Position numbers and translations under genes: made by a program. The notes beneath the pieces were generated by a model. The model made no database searches. It was not told the DNA's origin and saw only the letters and a list, made by a program, of their open reading frames with translations. Below are positions 26,107 to 34,457 of a stretch of DNA of 64,000 nt, piece by piece. The stretch lies in IMG/VR virus record IMGVR_UViG_3300044529_000082, positions 1-64,000 of that record; one strand, given 5' to 3'. This stretch comes from a virus. Every line of letters begins with the position of its first letter. Position 1 is the stretch's first letter.

Positions 26107-28105
26107 GCGAGTTCTAGACTGGGATTCGAACTGGTTTCAAGGCGTCCAAAGTTCGATGGACCCCTCCCAGGTCCCGCTTGGCTACGCGTGGTCTGTTGAG
26201 AACATGCTGAACCTCGGCGGCCTGTGGTCGTGCCGCCCAGGTCACCGGTGCATCAAGCTCCTGCCGGACGGCAATCTTCAGGGCGCCGCGATTTTCCGTC
26301 CCCAGGTCGGAATCGAGCAAATCGTGGTCGCGATTGACGGGCTGCTCTATGCGGCGGCCTATCCGTTCTATGAAGGCTGGCGCCAGCTCCCCGGCATTCA
26401 GCTCTCCGCTTCTGCAAAACAGATTTTCTGGGCTCTCGCAGTCCAGTCCGCGGAGCGGCTCTCGCTCGACATCGCCGCGGGAATCAAAGTCATCGAGCCC
26501 AAGGTTGTATTGTTCGCGCAGGACGGTCTTCTGACTGCTCCGGCGTGGTATGACGGCTCAAATTCTGGCCACGTGCGCGGCGACCCCTTCGGCACTCCTT
26601 CTGGCGGACCTATGGTGTGGGTCGGCGACCGCCTGTGGGTCGCAGCAGGCAATCAGGTTTACGCGAGCGACGTTGCCAATCCCTTTTCGTTTCGTGAGCA
26701 GATTTATCTCGGCGGCGCGACCAGTTTTTTCTTCGCCGATGAAGTCACCGCCATGCAGAAAACCCCCTCGATTGAGTCGCCGCAGCTCATGGTATTCACG
26801 GGCGACAACGCTTCGCTCTTGCAGGCCAACATTCGCGACCGGTCGCAGTGGCCTACTACCGTCGATTTTCAAGTCGAGGTTGTGCAGGTCGGCTGCCTGT
26901 CTCAAAAATCGGTCGTGTCCCATTACGGACACATCATATGGTTCTCTCCTTCGGGAGTAGCCATCTACGACCCGGCTACTAGTGGCAAGCTAACAAGCCG
27001 CCTTCCTGTCCGTGATAGCGAAATGATGGTGTCTAAAATAGGCTTGTCTGATGACCTATCGCTGGTCTGTGCCGCAACCTTCGGGCAATACATGCTGATG
27101 TCGGTGCCGCACGAGGACGTCCACAATAAGCACACTTGGGTCCTAAATAACGCATCCCTGGCATCGCTCAATGACGACTCTGGTCCGTGCTGGTCTGGTC
27201 ATTGGACCGGGACGCGTCCAGTGGAATGGTTGTTTGGCGAGATTGCCAGCCAGGAGCGCATTTATCACGTTGCGGCGGACACTGACGGGCATAATCACTT
27301 ATGGGAATCCTTTACTCCGGACCGGCTGGACGGCGGGTGTCCGATTGCCTGGAAAATAGAGACCCGCGGCTATTTTGGGCAGACGGCAGCCATCCAATCG
27401 AAGCCCCCCGGCGAGCGGGTCCGGTTGCTCTATGTCGATGTCGCCCTGGCGGGCATTTCTGAGAATCTGGACCTGGGGGTCTTCTTTGCGGGCGGCACGC
27501 GCGGCGCTTTTCGTCAGCTCATGGACCGGCGGCTGAACGTGTCTAAGGGCTCCCTATCCTACACGCTCAAGCTGGACGCGAATACGCAGATTTTTGCATT
27601 CAAGCCGCAGAGCCGAAATGAACGGACCCAGGACGCGAATCAAATCGACAATGCCGAGGACGGCTCGTGCCCAGTCGAGCGCTTTGACCTCGACAATATC
27701 GACGATTCTTTTCAGCTAGCAATCTGCGGGCACGGCCCGGCAACGATTCGCTGGATTCGGCCCTGGGGGCTCACCGTCCCGCCCAATGTGGACGGTAACG
27801 GAATGGCGTGCGAAGATGAAGTCACTCTGAAGGCGGTCCGGTTCGATGGCTGGGGCGCCCACGGCGACACGCTGCAAGAACTGGTAGATACGCTAACTGC
27901 GGCACCTATGTTTTTCTTCGAGTCCAACGAGACGGCATCGCTTTCGATAGACGATTTCATAGCCATCGGGACCGGCTACGCGCAGTCGGTGATATCACAG
28001 CGCGCGGCGGACCGGGTAGCGAAAATCATTGCCACGAATCAGGCCGAAATGGAACTGGCTTCCGTGCGACCGCCGACGCTTTCAACCGGATTGGGATTTG
28101 AATAA
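26099..28105 (+). CDS. Tail nozzle / tubular protein B-like (beta-propeller)
   Basis: ~670 aa, beta-rich, with DRLWVA and VGCLSQKSV..YG..IWFSP motifs typical of podophage stabilisation proteins. Confidence 0.6.
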   Translation: MPERVLDWDSNWFQGVQSSMDPSQVPLGYAWSVENMLNLGGLWSCRPGHRCIKLLPDGNLQGAAIFRPQVGIEQIVVAIDGLLYAAAYPFYEGWRQLPGIQLSASAKQIFWALAVQSAERLSLDIAAGIKVIEPKVVLFAQDGLLTAPAWYDGSNSGHVRGDPFGTPSGGPMVWVGDRLWVAAGNQVYASDVANPFSFREQIYLGGATSFFFADEVTAMQKTPSIESPQLMVFTGDNASLLQANIRDRSQWPTTVDFQVEVVQVGCLSQKSVVSHYGHIIWFSPSGVAIYDPATSGKLTSRLPVRDSEMMVSKIGLSDDLSLVCAATFGQYMLMSVPHEDVHNKHTWVLNNASLASLNDDSGPCWSGHWTGTRPVEWLFGEIASQERIYHVAADTDGHNHLWESFTPDRLDGGCPIAWKIETRGYFGQTAAIQSKPPGERVRLLYVDVALAGISENLDLGVFFAGGTRGAFRQLMDRRLNVSKGSLSYTLKLDANTQIFAFKPQSRNERTQDANQIDNAEDGSCPVERFDLDNIDDSFQLAICGHGPATIRWIRPWGLTVPPNVDGNGMACEDEVTLKAVRFDGWGAHGDTLQELVDTLTAAPMFFFESNETASLSIDDFIAIGTGYAQSVISQRAADRVAKIIATNQAEMELASVRPPTLSTGLGFE

Positions 28106-29727
28106 TGGATAGCGTTCTTGATTTTTTATTCCTGCGGCGGCTCAAGTTTGAATACACGAGCCCTCCCATATGCCCTATCTCGCCCGCCAGTGCGAGCGGA
28201 ACCGGCATTCAGGGACAGGTAATCAGCCCGATTCTCAAGATGCGGACTCCGACCGTCTCGGGCCGATTTTTAATTTGGCCCTGCCAAGCGACGGAAATTT
28301 GCTACAATATCTATTTCAACAATGGTGGTATTTTGACGGAAGTCGCCACTTGCATTTCTCCTAACTCGGTGCTTGTGTGCAGCGCCGGGTGCTGGAAAAG
28401 CATCCCGCTTTTTGGACAGACGCCCGGGCCAGAAACTACTCCGGTATGCGTCGATGGCAGCGCGCCCGTAGTAATCTCACTTCCCGCAGAGCCCGGTGTA
28501 ACCGGATATGAAATCTATTTTAGCCCTGACGGAGTAAGTTACGAGCTTATTTTGGCGGGAGAATTCTGCGCGGCATTTGAGACTTGCACCCTTGGATGTT
28601 ACAGCCTATCAGCTATCACCGGCGATGGCGAAACTCCGCCCAGTGACCCGGCTTGTAACGGAGGGGACCCCACGATTTCAATCACGAGCCCCGCCGATGG
28701 AACTACAGGAGACCTGCCCTATTCTACTTCGATAGTGGCCGCGACAAACGAAAACGGGCATACTCCGGTCCAAGTGGACTTTTATGATGGTGCCTCGTTG
28801 CTCGGGTCGGTTTTAGGGGCGGGACCATATTCGCTTCCCTGGACGCCGACAGTGCTAGGGATGCACATCCTAACGGCCGTGCTGGTCTATGATAGCGCAC
28901 TGACCGTCACTTCAGCTCCGATAAGCGTCAACATAGACGTAATACTCCCGGGCTCTAACGATTTGCTTCAGCAGACCGAGAGCTTCGATTTTGATTCGAC
29001 CCCGGACGGCACGCTTATTTCGCCTTGGTTGGATAAGACTCCCTATCATAACAATTGGGTGCATTACGTTACAGACCCCGTTGTGGATGGGACAATTACG
29101 GCCGGTGGGCATAAAACGTTACGCTTTTCCGGAACTGGCACGTGCGGCTTAAAAAGCATCAATAAATTTATTCCTAACGGGCTTACCGGGATGGAACTAA
29201 TGGTTATTTTCCGAGCCGCTGTTGACCCTCCCCCTACTAGAAATGCAGTAATCACGTATCAAACAACCCCCAACGAAGCGGGAGGGACCGTGGCAACGCA
29301 CGCTGACCAAGGCGCCAATCCGGCAGTAGCGGGTTGCGGAGGCGCAGGCCCGTTTTATCTAGAAACATTTTGTGTAGATAATACGCTAGGGGCCGTTGCG
29401 AACTGTGGCCCATTTCTTAATTTGGGAACACCAGCTACGAATACGGCTTCGGAATTTGTGTGCTATAACCTCTCAGCAGAATCCGGAGGCCCCTTTGACG
29501 CGTTTATTAATTCTGAGCATTTCTTTACCAGTCCGACCGGATTCCCTTTTATTAGCCAGGGGACGGAAATTTTTTATACCGTGGGCTGGGGGCTTAATTC
29601 CAATGGGTCCGCTGATTATTTTGCTGGAAACATAGCCGCGGTGTATCTGTGGAAACGGGCGCTAACCTCGGATGAGCGGGATAAGGCGCGCATCTATATC
29701 GCCCAAAAATGGGGAGTGCCTTTTTAA
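28105..29727 (+). CDS. Tail protein with Ig-like and LamG/lectin-like domains
   Basis: PTISITSPADG...VDFYDG..LLG...LTAV (bacterial Ig-like); C-terminal FAGNIAAVYLWKRALT...YIAQKWG. Confidence 0.65.
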   Translation: MDSVLDFLFLRRLKFEYTSPPICPISPASASGTGIQGQVISPILKMRTPTVSGRFLIWPCQATEICYNIYFNNGGILTEVATCISPNSVLVCSAGCWKSIPLFGQTPGPETTPVCVDGSAPVVISLPAEPGVTGYEIYFSPDGVSYELILAGEFCAAFETCTLGCYSLSAITGDGETPPSDPACNGGDPTISITSPADGTTGDLPYSTSIVAATNENGHTPVQVDFYDGASLLGSVLGAGPYSLPWTPTVLGMHILTAVLVYDSALTVTSAPISVNIDVILPGSNDLLQQTESFDFDSTPDGTLISPWLDKTPYHNNWVHYVTDPVVDGTITAGGHKTLRFSGTGTCGLKSINKFIPNGLTGMELMVIFRAAVDPPPTRNAVITYQTTPNEAGGTVATHADQGANPAVAGCGGAGPFYLETFCVDNTLGAVANCGPFLNLGTPATNTASEFVCYNLSAESGGPFDAFINSEHFFTSPTGFPFISQGTEIFYTVGWGLNSNGSADYFAGNIAAVYLWKRALTSDERDKARIYIAQKWGVPF

Positions 29728-29730
29728 CGT

Positions 29731-30573
29731 ATGCCTAATCCAATAGTCAATCGCAGATTGGTTTCTGCAACTGGCCCGAGCTTAGACCCGGTCGTGTCTG
29801 CTTGGGCGGCAAGTGTCGTCGCGAATGGCGGCACGCTCCCGTCTATGGCCACACAGATGGCACTCAATACTTTTTACGGGTCCATTTCGACCATAGCGTC
29901 GAAAATGATTGCCGTGAACTGCTTCGCTCCAGACAGCTTAATAGCGGCCATAACCCCGCTGATTCACACCGCGGGGAGCAATCCGTGGACGAACCATAAC
30001 TTTGTCGGAGGCGACATCGCCATTCAAGGGTTACTGGGGAACACTTCTTCTAAGTATCTCGACACTGGATGCAATCCGGCTAGTATTTACCCGAATGACA
30101 ATGGCTGCGGGTTTACTCTCTATAGTGCTTCGACCGGGTCGGCCCTTTCGGCGCGAATGAACGCCTATAACGGTAGCACGATGGCGGGACTGTATCAAGA
30201 CAGTTCGTCCAGCTATACGGGGGCCTATCAGGCCTGGGATACTTCTTTCGTAATCAGTGCGCTTTTTCCGGCAGGGACCTTCGGTTTCACCAGCGCGAAC
30301 AGGACGGCTTCCAACGCGGTCGCGATTTACAGAGCCAACTCTCTCACTGCGTTTGCAGCGGGTTCCTCGGCAGGAGGCGCCCCCGGCGGCAGGCCAAATT
30401 TGAATTTGTGGATGAATTGCTGGAACTTTAACGGTTCTCCCTCGCAGTTTCCTGTTTCCGCTACTCGCTATTCTTTTGCGGCGATTCATCTGGGGCTCAC
30501 TTCGGGGGAAGCGCAGACACTATATAACGCAGTCCAGGCGCTAAGAATCACACTCGGCGGAGGCTATACCTAA
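29731..30573 (+). CDS. Lectin-like (LamG-type) tail/receptor-binding protein
   Basis: KYLDTG...YSFAAIHLGLTSGEAQTLYNAVQAL..LG pattern. Confidence 0.55.
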   Translation: MPNPIVNRRLVSATGPSLDPVVSAWAASVVANGGTLPSMATQMALNTFYGSISTIASKMIAVNCFAPDSLIAAITPLIHTAGSNPWTNHNFVGGDIAIQGLLGNTSSKYLDTGCNPASIYPNDNGCGFTLYSASTGSALSARMNAYNGSTMAGLYQDSSSSYTGAYQAWDTSFVISALFPAGTFGFTSANRTASNAVAIYRANSLTAFAAGSSAGGAPGGRPNLNLWMNCWNFNGSPSQFPVSATRYSFAAIHLGLTSGEAQTLYNAVQALRITLGGGYT

Positions 30574-30578
30574 AATTT

Positions 30579-31406
30579 ATGAGCTTAAAAGACACCAGTC
30601 TAATCATCCAGGCAGCGCCGCTGCCCTTGACATTCGAAGGAACGCCCAACGAATTTCTGGCCGCCATGGTCCAGAGGATGCGGGTCGTTTCGCCCAACGG
30701 CGCGAACTTCATTTTCATCGGCGACATCGCACCTACTACCAACTTAGGTCCCTGGCTGAAGGGCGGGACGCAGTGGTATGTGTGGGATAATTCCAGCAAC
30801 TCCTACGTGCCGCTCGACGTGTCGGCGTCAATCACAATTCCGTATTGGATTGGCAACGCGACCCCGACCGGAAATTCTCCGCCGGTGTGGTTGCAGACCA
30901 CGAACAACTCTACCGACACGGACCCAAACGGCTACGGAACCCCGCTCTCGTGGTTTTTCTGGAACGGCACGAGCTGGCAGTCTTTCAATTCTGTGCCCGA
31001 GTCCGGTTCGACCAGTTTGCGCCCCGCGGCCCCGCTGAATTATCAGCAATATTTTGACACGGACATCAACGTCCTGATTCACTGGGAAAGAAGCGCTTGG
31101 CGAACAGTCTCCGGTTCTCCGGGCGATTTGAAATATGTCACCGCGGCCACACAAGCGGTAGCGCTTCAGCAGAACCCCGGCTGGGTCATTTTCTCGGATA
31201 CGGTGACCGCCTATCGCGGCCGCGGGCTCTCTCAGGCCACTCAGGACTCCGGGACCAATCCCGTGTATGTCCAAACCCCCCCGTCAGGGGTCACGGCGCG
31301 CGCGGTCGGGGATACCTGGGGCGAAACGACCCTGTTGCAGCTCAACGGGGTGTCTCAAACCACCTTGCCCCCGCAGATTGCGTTCTTTTTGTTGGTCAAG
31401 CAGTGA
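30579..31406 (+). CDS. Tail fibre/structural protein
   Basis: Trp-rich beta repeats (WYVWD, FFWNGTSW); tail module position. Confidence 0.55.
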   Translation: MSLKDTSLIIQAAPLPLTFEGTPNEFLAAMVQRMRVVSPNGANFIFIGDIAPTTNLGPWLKGGTQWYVWDNSSNSYVPLDVSASITIPYWIGNATPTGNSPPVWLQTTNNSTDTDPNGYGTPLSWFFWNGTSWQSFNSVPESGSTSLRPAAPLNYQQYFDTDINVLIHWERSAWRTVSGSPGDLKYVTAATQAVALQQNPGWVIFSDTVTAYRGRGLSQATQDSGTNPVYVQTPPSGVTARAVGDTWGETTLLQLNGVSQTTLPPQIAFFLLVKQ

Positions 31407-31413
31407 TTTTGAC

Positions 31414-31422
31414 GTAACTGTT
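31414..31422 (+). promoter_or_regulatory. GTAACTGTT motif upstream of the ejection-protein unit
   Basis: Exact 9-mer right after the tail gene stop. Confidence 0.65.
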
Positions 31423-31423
31423 A

Positions 31424-31549
31424 ATGGAACAAATGACTATTGACGAAAAGCGCGCAAAAGAACGCGAACGCAGCAGATTGCGACGCGCTTCTGAGACCCC
31501 CGAGCAGCGAGAAAAAAGGCTGGCTAAAGGGACTTCGGTAATACATTAA
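31424..31549 (+). pseudogene. Basic 41-aa ORF, probable endonuclease N-terminal remnant
   Basis: MEQMTIDEKRAKERERSRLRRASETPEQREKRLAK..., similar in character to HNH N-terminal basic helices. Confidence 0.35.
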
Positions 31550-31564
31550 TAGACAGGAACTTAC

Positions 31565-32566
31565 ATGGATTTTGGAGGGGTCTTCGGCGCGGCCGGGCAA
31601 ATCGCAGGAGCGTTTATCGCTTCTGACGCGGCTAAAAAAGCAACGGCTATACAGAATCAAGCGATGCAAGACGTGCGTACGCGTCTTGAGGGTGAGCTGT
31701 CGCCGTCCACACTTCAGCAAATCGCCACGCAAGGCGATACGCAACGCGCGCAGCAGCAGCAGCAGTTGTTTTCTCAGATGTTTCCCGACCTTGCCTCGGC
31801 ATCGTCGGCGGCTCAGAAAAGCTTGCAGATGCAGGCCGGAGGTTACGGTGCTCAGTCCCAGGCTTCTCAGGTCGGCAACGCAGCCGTTGCGGACGCGCTA
31901 AAGAACGCGGGCGCTACGCAGCAAGGCCAGAACCAACTGATTGACGCCGCGCTCGAACAACTGAAGGCCGGAGCGACCCTGCCCCCGGACGTTGAAGCGC
32001 AGCTTGTGCAATCCGGTCTCGAATCGTCCGGGATGGTTACGCAGCACGCTTCGGGTCAAGGCATCGGCGGCCAGCAAATCCGCACCCTTCTCGGCACCGC
32101 GGGCATCCAGCTTCAGCAGCAACGGCAGGTGCAGGCCGCTAGTCTGCTCACGCAGGCGCAGAATCTCGAAACGCAACGCCAGTCCGTGCTTCAGGACCTT
32201 TTCCCCAAGCTATCTTCAGTCCAGTTGCAGCAGACGCAAGGCGCCGCCGGAATTTTCAATACTGCCCAGAGCGCCGTGCCTCAAGCGGGGCTCTCCGGCA
32301 CCCAGCTCGCCAACACTTGGTTGCAACGTATTGGTGCGTTGAATCAGGCTCAGGAACAACAGGCCGGTATCAATGCCTCGGGGCAGCTTGCTCAAGGCCA
32401 GATTTGGGGTAACGCAATCGGCTCTGCGGTCGGCGGTCTCGGGTCTATGGGGATTGGGGGGATGGGCGGCGGAGGGGGCCAGAAAGTGAACAATGGCCCT
32501 GCGTTGTTTTCCAGCCTTCAACTGGGAAACAGCGGGCAGTCGGCAGACTTCGGAGGAGAGCTATAA
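31565..32566 (+). CDS. Internal virion / DNA ejection (pilot) protein
   Basis: Gly/Ala-rich hydrophobic ends and a Q-rich helical core; position after tail genes. Confidence 0.6.
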   Translation: MDFGGVFGAAGQIAGAFIASDAAKKATAIQNQAMQDVRTRLEGELSPSTLQQIATQGDTQRAQQQQQLFSQMFPDLASASSAAQKSLQMQAGGYGAQSQASQVGNAAVADALKNAGATQQGQNQLIDAALEQLKAGATLPPDVEAQLVQSGLESSGMVTQHASGQGIGGQQIRTLLGTAGIQLQQQRQVQAASLLTQAQNLETQRQSVLQDLFPKLSSVQLQQTQGAAGIFNTAQSAVPQAGLSGTQLANTWLQRIGALNQAQEQQAGINASGQLAQGQIWGNAIGSAVGGLGSMGIGGMGGGGGQKVNNGPALFSSLQLGNSGQSADFGGEL

Positions 32567-32567
32567 T

Positions 32568-34061
32568 ATGGCGGGAATCGGCCAACCTGATGTAGAACCA
32601 CTGAGCGGCGGTGCCGCAGCGCAACCGCTAGTTTCGCCCATGCAGCCCGTTTTGACACCGAACGCGGTGCAACAGCTCGTGGACGCGGTCCACAATGGCG
32701 CCATCAACACGATTGATATCGCTAATCGGATTGGCGCTGTAGCGCAGGCGGAGAAAAAAGCGAACCTCGAAAAGCTCGGCGAATACGTTTCTCCCGAAGC
32801 GATTCAATCGCGCATGTCGCAGCTTCGAGCGCAGGGCCAGCAGGCACAGCTCACCGGTGCCCAGGCGGAAGCAGCCCAGGGGCTAGTGCAACCGGCAACT
32901 GAAAGCCAGCTTCAGGACATAATCCAGAAAAACGAAACTCGATACAGCGCTCCTGCCGTCTCAGCCTACACCCAGTTCAATCCGCCCATTTACAAGGTGG
33001 ACGAAAACGGCAACCCGACGAAGGAGTATGACGTTCAAGCCATGTCACGTGAGGGTTCGAGGTATGTCCGCGCGCAGAGCATGCTCGCTTTAGCGGCGGA
33101 TGGATTAAAAGCGACGCCGACGCAGATGAAGAATCCTAAAACCGGAGCGCCGGTCACCGTGTGGCTCAATGCCAAAGGCGAGGATGTCACTCCCGTAGCT
33201 GGAAATAAGTCATACGAGTTCTATAACCAGATGCGCCGAGATGCCTACGAAGTTTTCCACGAGAAGCCGGACACTACTCCGCACGTTGAGCCAGTAAAAA
33301 ACGCGGAGGGCATTAACATTTTGCCGAAAGACAATCCTCCGGCTGGAATGATTACGGGGCCGGACCAAGAAGCCGTTCCCGCACCTGGAGTTACCCCGCA
33401 GGCGTCGCAAGGAGCCGCCGCGGCGGACCCCACGCTTACTCAGCCCGCCATCGTCGCAACTTCAGAGCAGCCGACAGTTGCTCCAGATTATATGCCATAT
33501 CAAGGAATGCAGGTCGGCCCGGTCCAGACTCCGCCCGAGGCGACGAAAGCTTTCGAAGAGAAACCGGACGTAAAAGCCTTTTACACGAGCCTTCCAGTTT
33601 ACACCGGATTTGCTGACGCGTCGCGGCAGTCGATTCAGCAGCCCAGTAGCGTCTCGGACCTCGCCCTGGCAGAGTCCTACAGCAAGCTTTTCGACCCGCA
33701 ATCAACGTTGCGAGAATTCAAATTCGACGCCTTGCAAAAGGCGATTCCCTGGTTGTCCAAGTTCAAAGACGCGCTCCCCATCATCGAACGCGAGCACATG
33801 TTTCCGGACAACGTTCGAAAAGCCATCGCGCGCTCAGGGCTAGACGTGATTAACTCGCGCGAGAAAGCGCTAGTTCCGCGGCTGCAAGAAGCGCAGGCCG
33901 AAGGTGCGCTTTTGGACCCGGAGCAAAGAAAGATTCTCGCTGGCATTCCTTTTAGCTCCCGGGCCGGGCTGGACCCAATGCTCGCGGGCGCGCCCGGGTC
34001 CGCACCTGGATTGACGACACTTCCATCCGGACGGCGGGTCCGGTTCGTTCCTGGCCCTTGA
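32568..34061 (+). CDS. Internal virion / ejection protein
   Basis: Position between the pilot-like gene and the giant gene; start placed at ATG32568. Confidence 0.55.
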   Translation: MAGIGQPDVEPLSGGAAAQPLVSPMQPVLTPNAVQQLVDAVHNGAINTIDIANRIGAVAQAEKKANLEKLGEYVSPEAIQSRMSQLRAQGQQAQLTGAQAEAAQGLVQPATESQLQDIIQKNETRYSAPAVSAYTQFNPPIYKVDENGNPTKEYDVQAMSREGSRYVRAQSMLALAADGLKATPTQMKNPKTGAPVTVWLNAKGEDVTPVAGNKSYEFYNQMRRDAYEVFHEKPDTTPHVEPVKNAEGINILPKDNPPAGMITGPDQEAVPAPGVTPQASQGAAAADPTLTQPAIVATSEQPTVAPDYMPYQGMQVGPVQTPPEATKAFEEKPDVKAFYTSLPVYTGFADASRQSIQQPSSVSDLALAESYSKLFDPQSTLREFKFDALQKAIPWLSKFKDALPIIEREHMFPDNVRKAIARSGLDVINSREKALVPRLQEAQAEGALLDPEQRKILAGIPFSSRAGLDPMLAGAPGSAPGLTTLPSGRRVRFVPGP

Positions 34062-34086
34062 CATCCCCGACAAACTGTGCCATATT
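34058..34086 (+). promoter_or_regulatory. Sigma70-type promoter
   Basis: TTGACA-N17-CATATT, with ATG34092 5 nt downstream (leaderless). Confidence 0.65.
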
Positions 34087-34091
34087 TCAGC

Positions 34092-34457
34092 ATGAATATG
34101 CTACTTATCTTGGCGGCGGGACTGTATATTTCGAGTAATCCGCAGTGGCGCGCTTTTCTGCGCGCGCTCCCCTGGTGGATATTTTTGCCCCTTGTGGCCG
34201 GTTTTTGGTCGCCCCTTGCCGGTTGGGTGCTGTTTATCCCACTCGCTGCCCTAAAATCGCTGCATTTAATTTTTACCAAAGGCCCGCGTATTTGTAAATC
34301 CGCGATTAAGGCAGTTCGAGGTTTTTGGAATGCGATGCGGCAGGGCGCCCAGAAGCGTCCAGAACGACCTTTTGCATGTTCTGGAATGTATCCCATTTTC
34401 GAGATTCGAAATCCCGACCACATTTCATTACCGACCCAAGCCAATGCCGTTCGTTGA
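34092..34457 (+). CDS. Small membrane protein (moron)
   Basis: Hydrophobic N-terminal half, basic C-terminus, own host-type promoter. Confidence 0.6.
   Translation: MNMLLILAAGLYISSNPQWRAFLRALPWWIFLPLVAGFWSPLAGWVLFIPLAALKSLHLIFTKGPRICKSAIKAVRGFWNAMRQGAQKRPERPFACSGMYPIFEIRNPDHISLPTQANAVR

Noticed and set aside
34330-34443. Upstream extensions in the ORF track (e.g. 34330, 3070, 4660, 46734, 47876)
   Set aside because: They overlap neighbouring genes, and downstream coupled ATGs give better starts.
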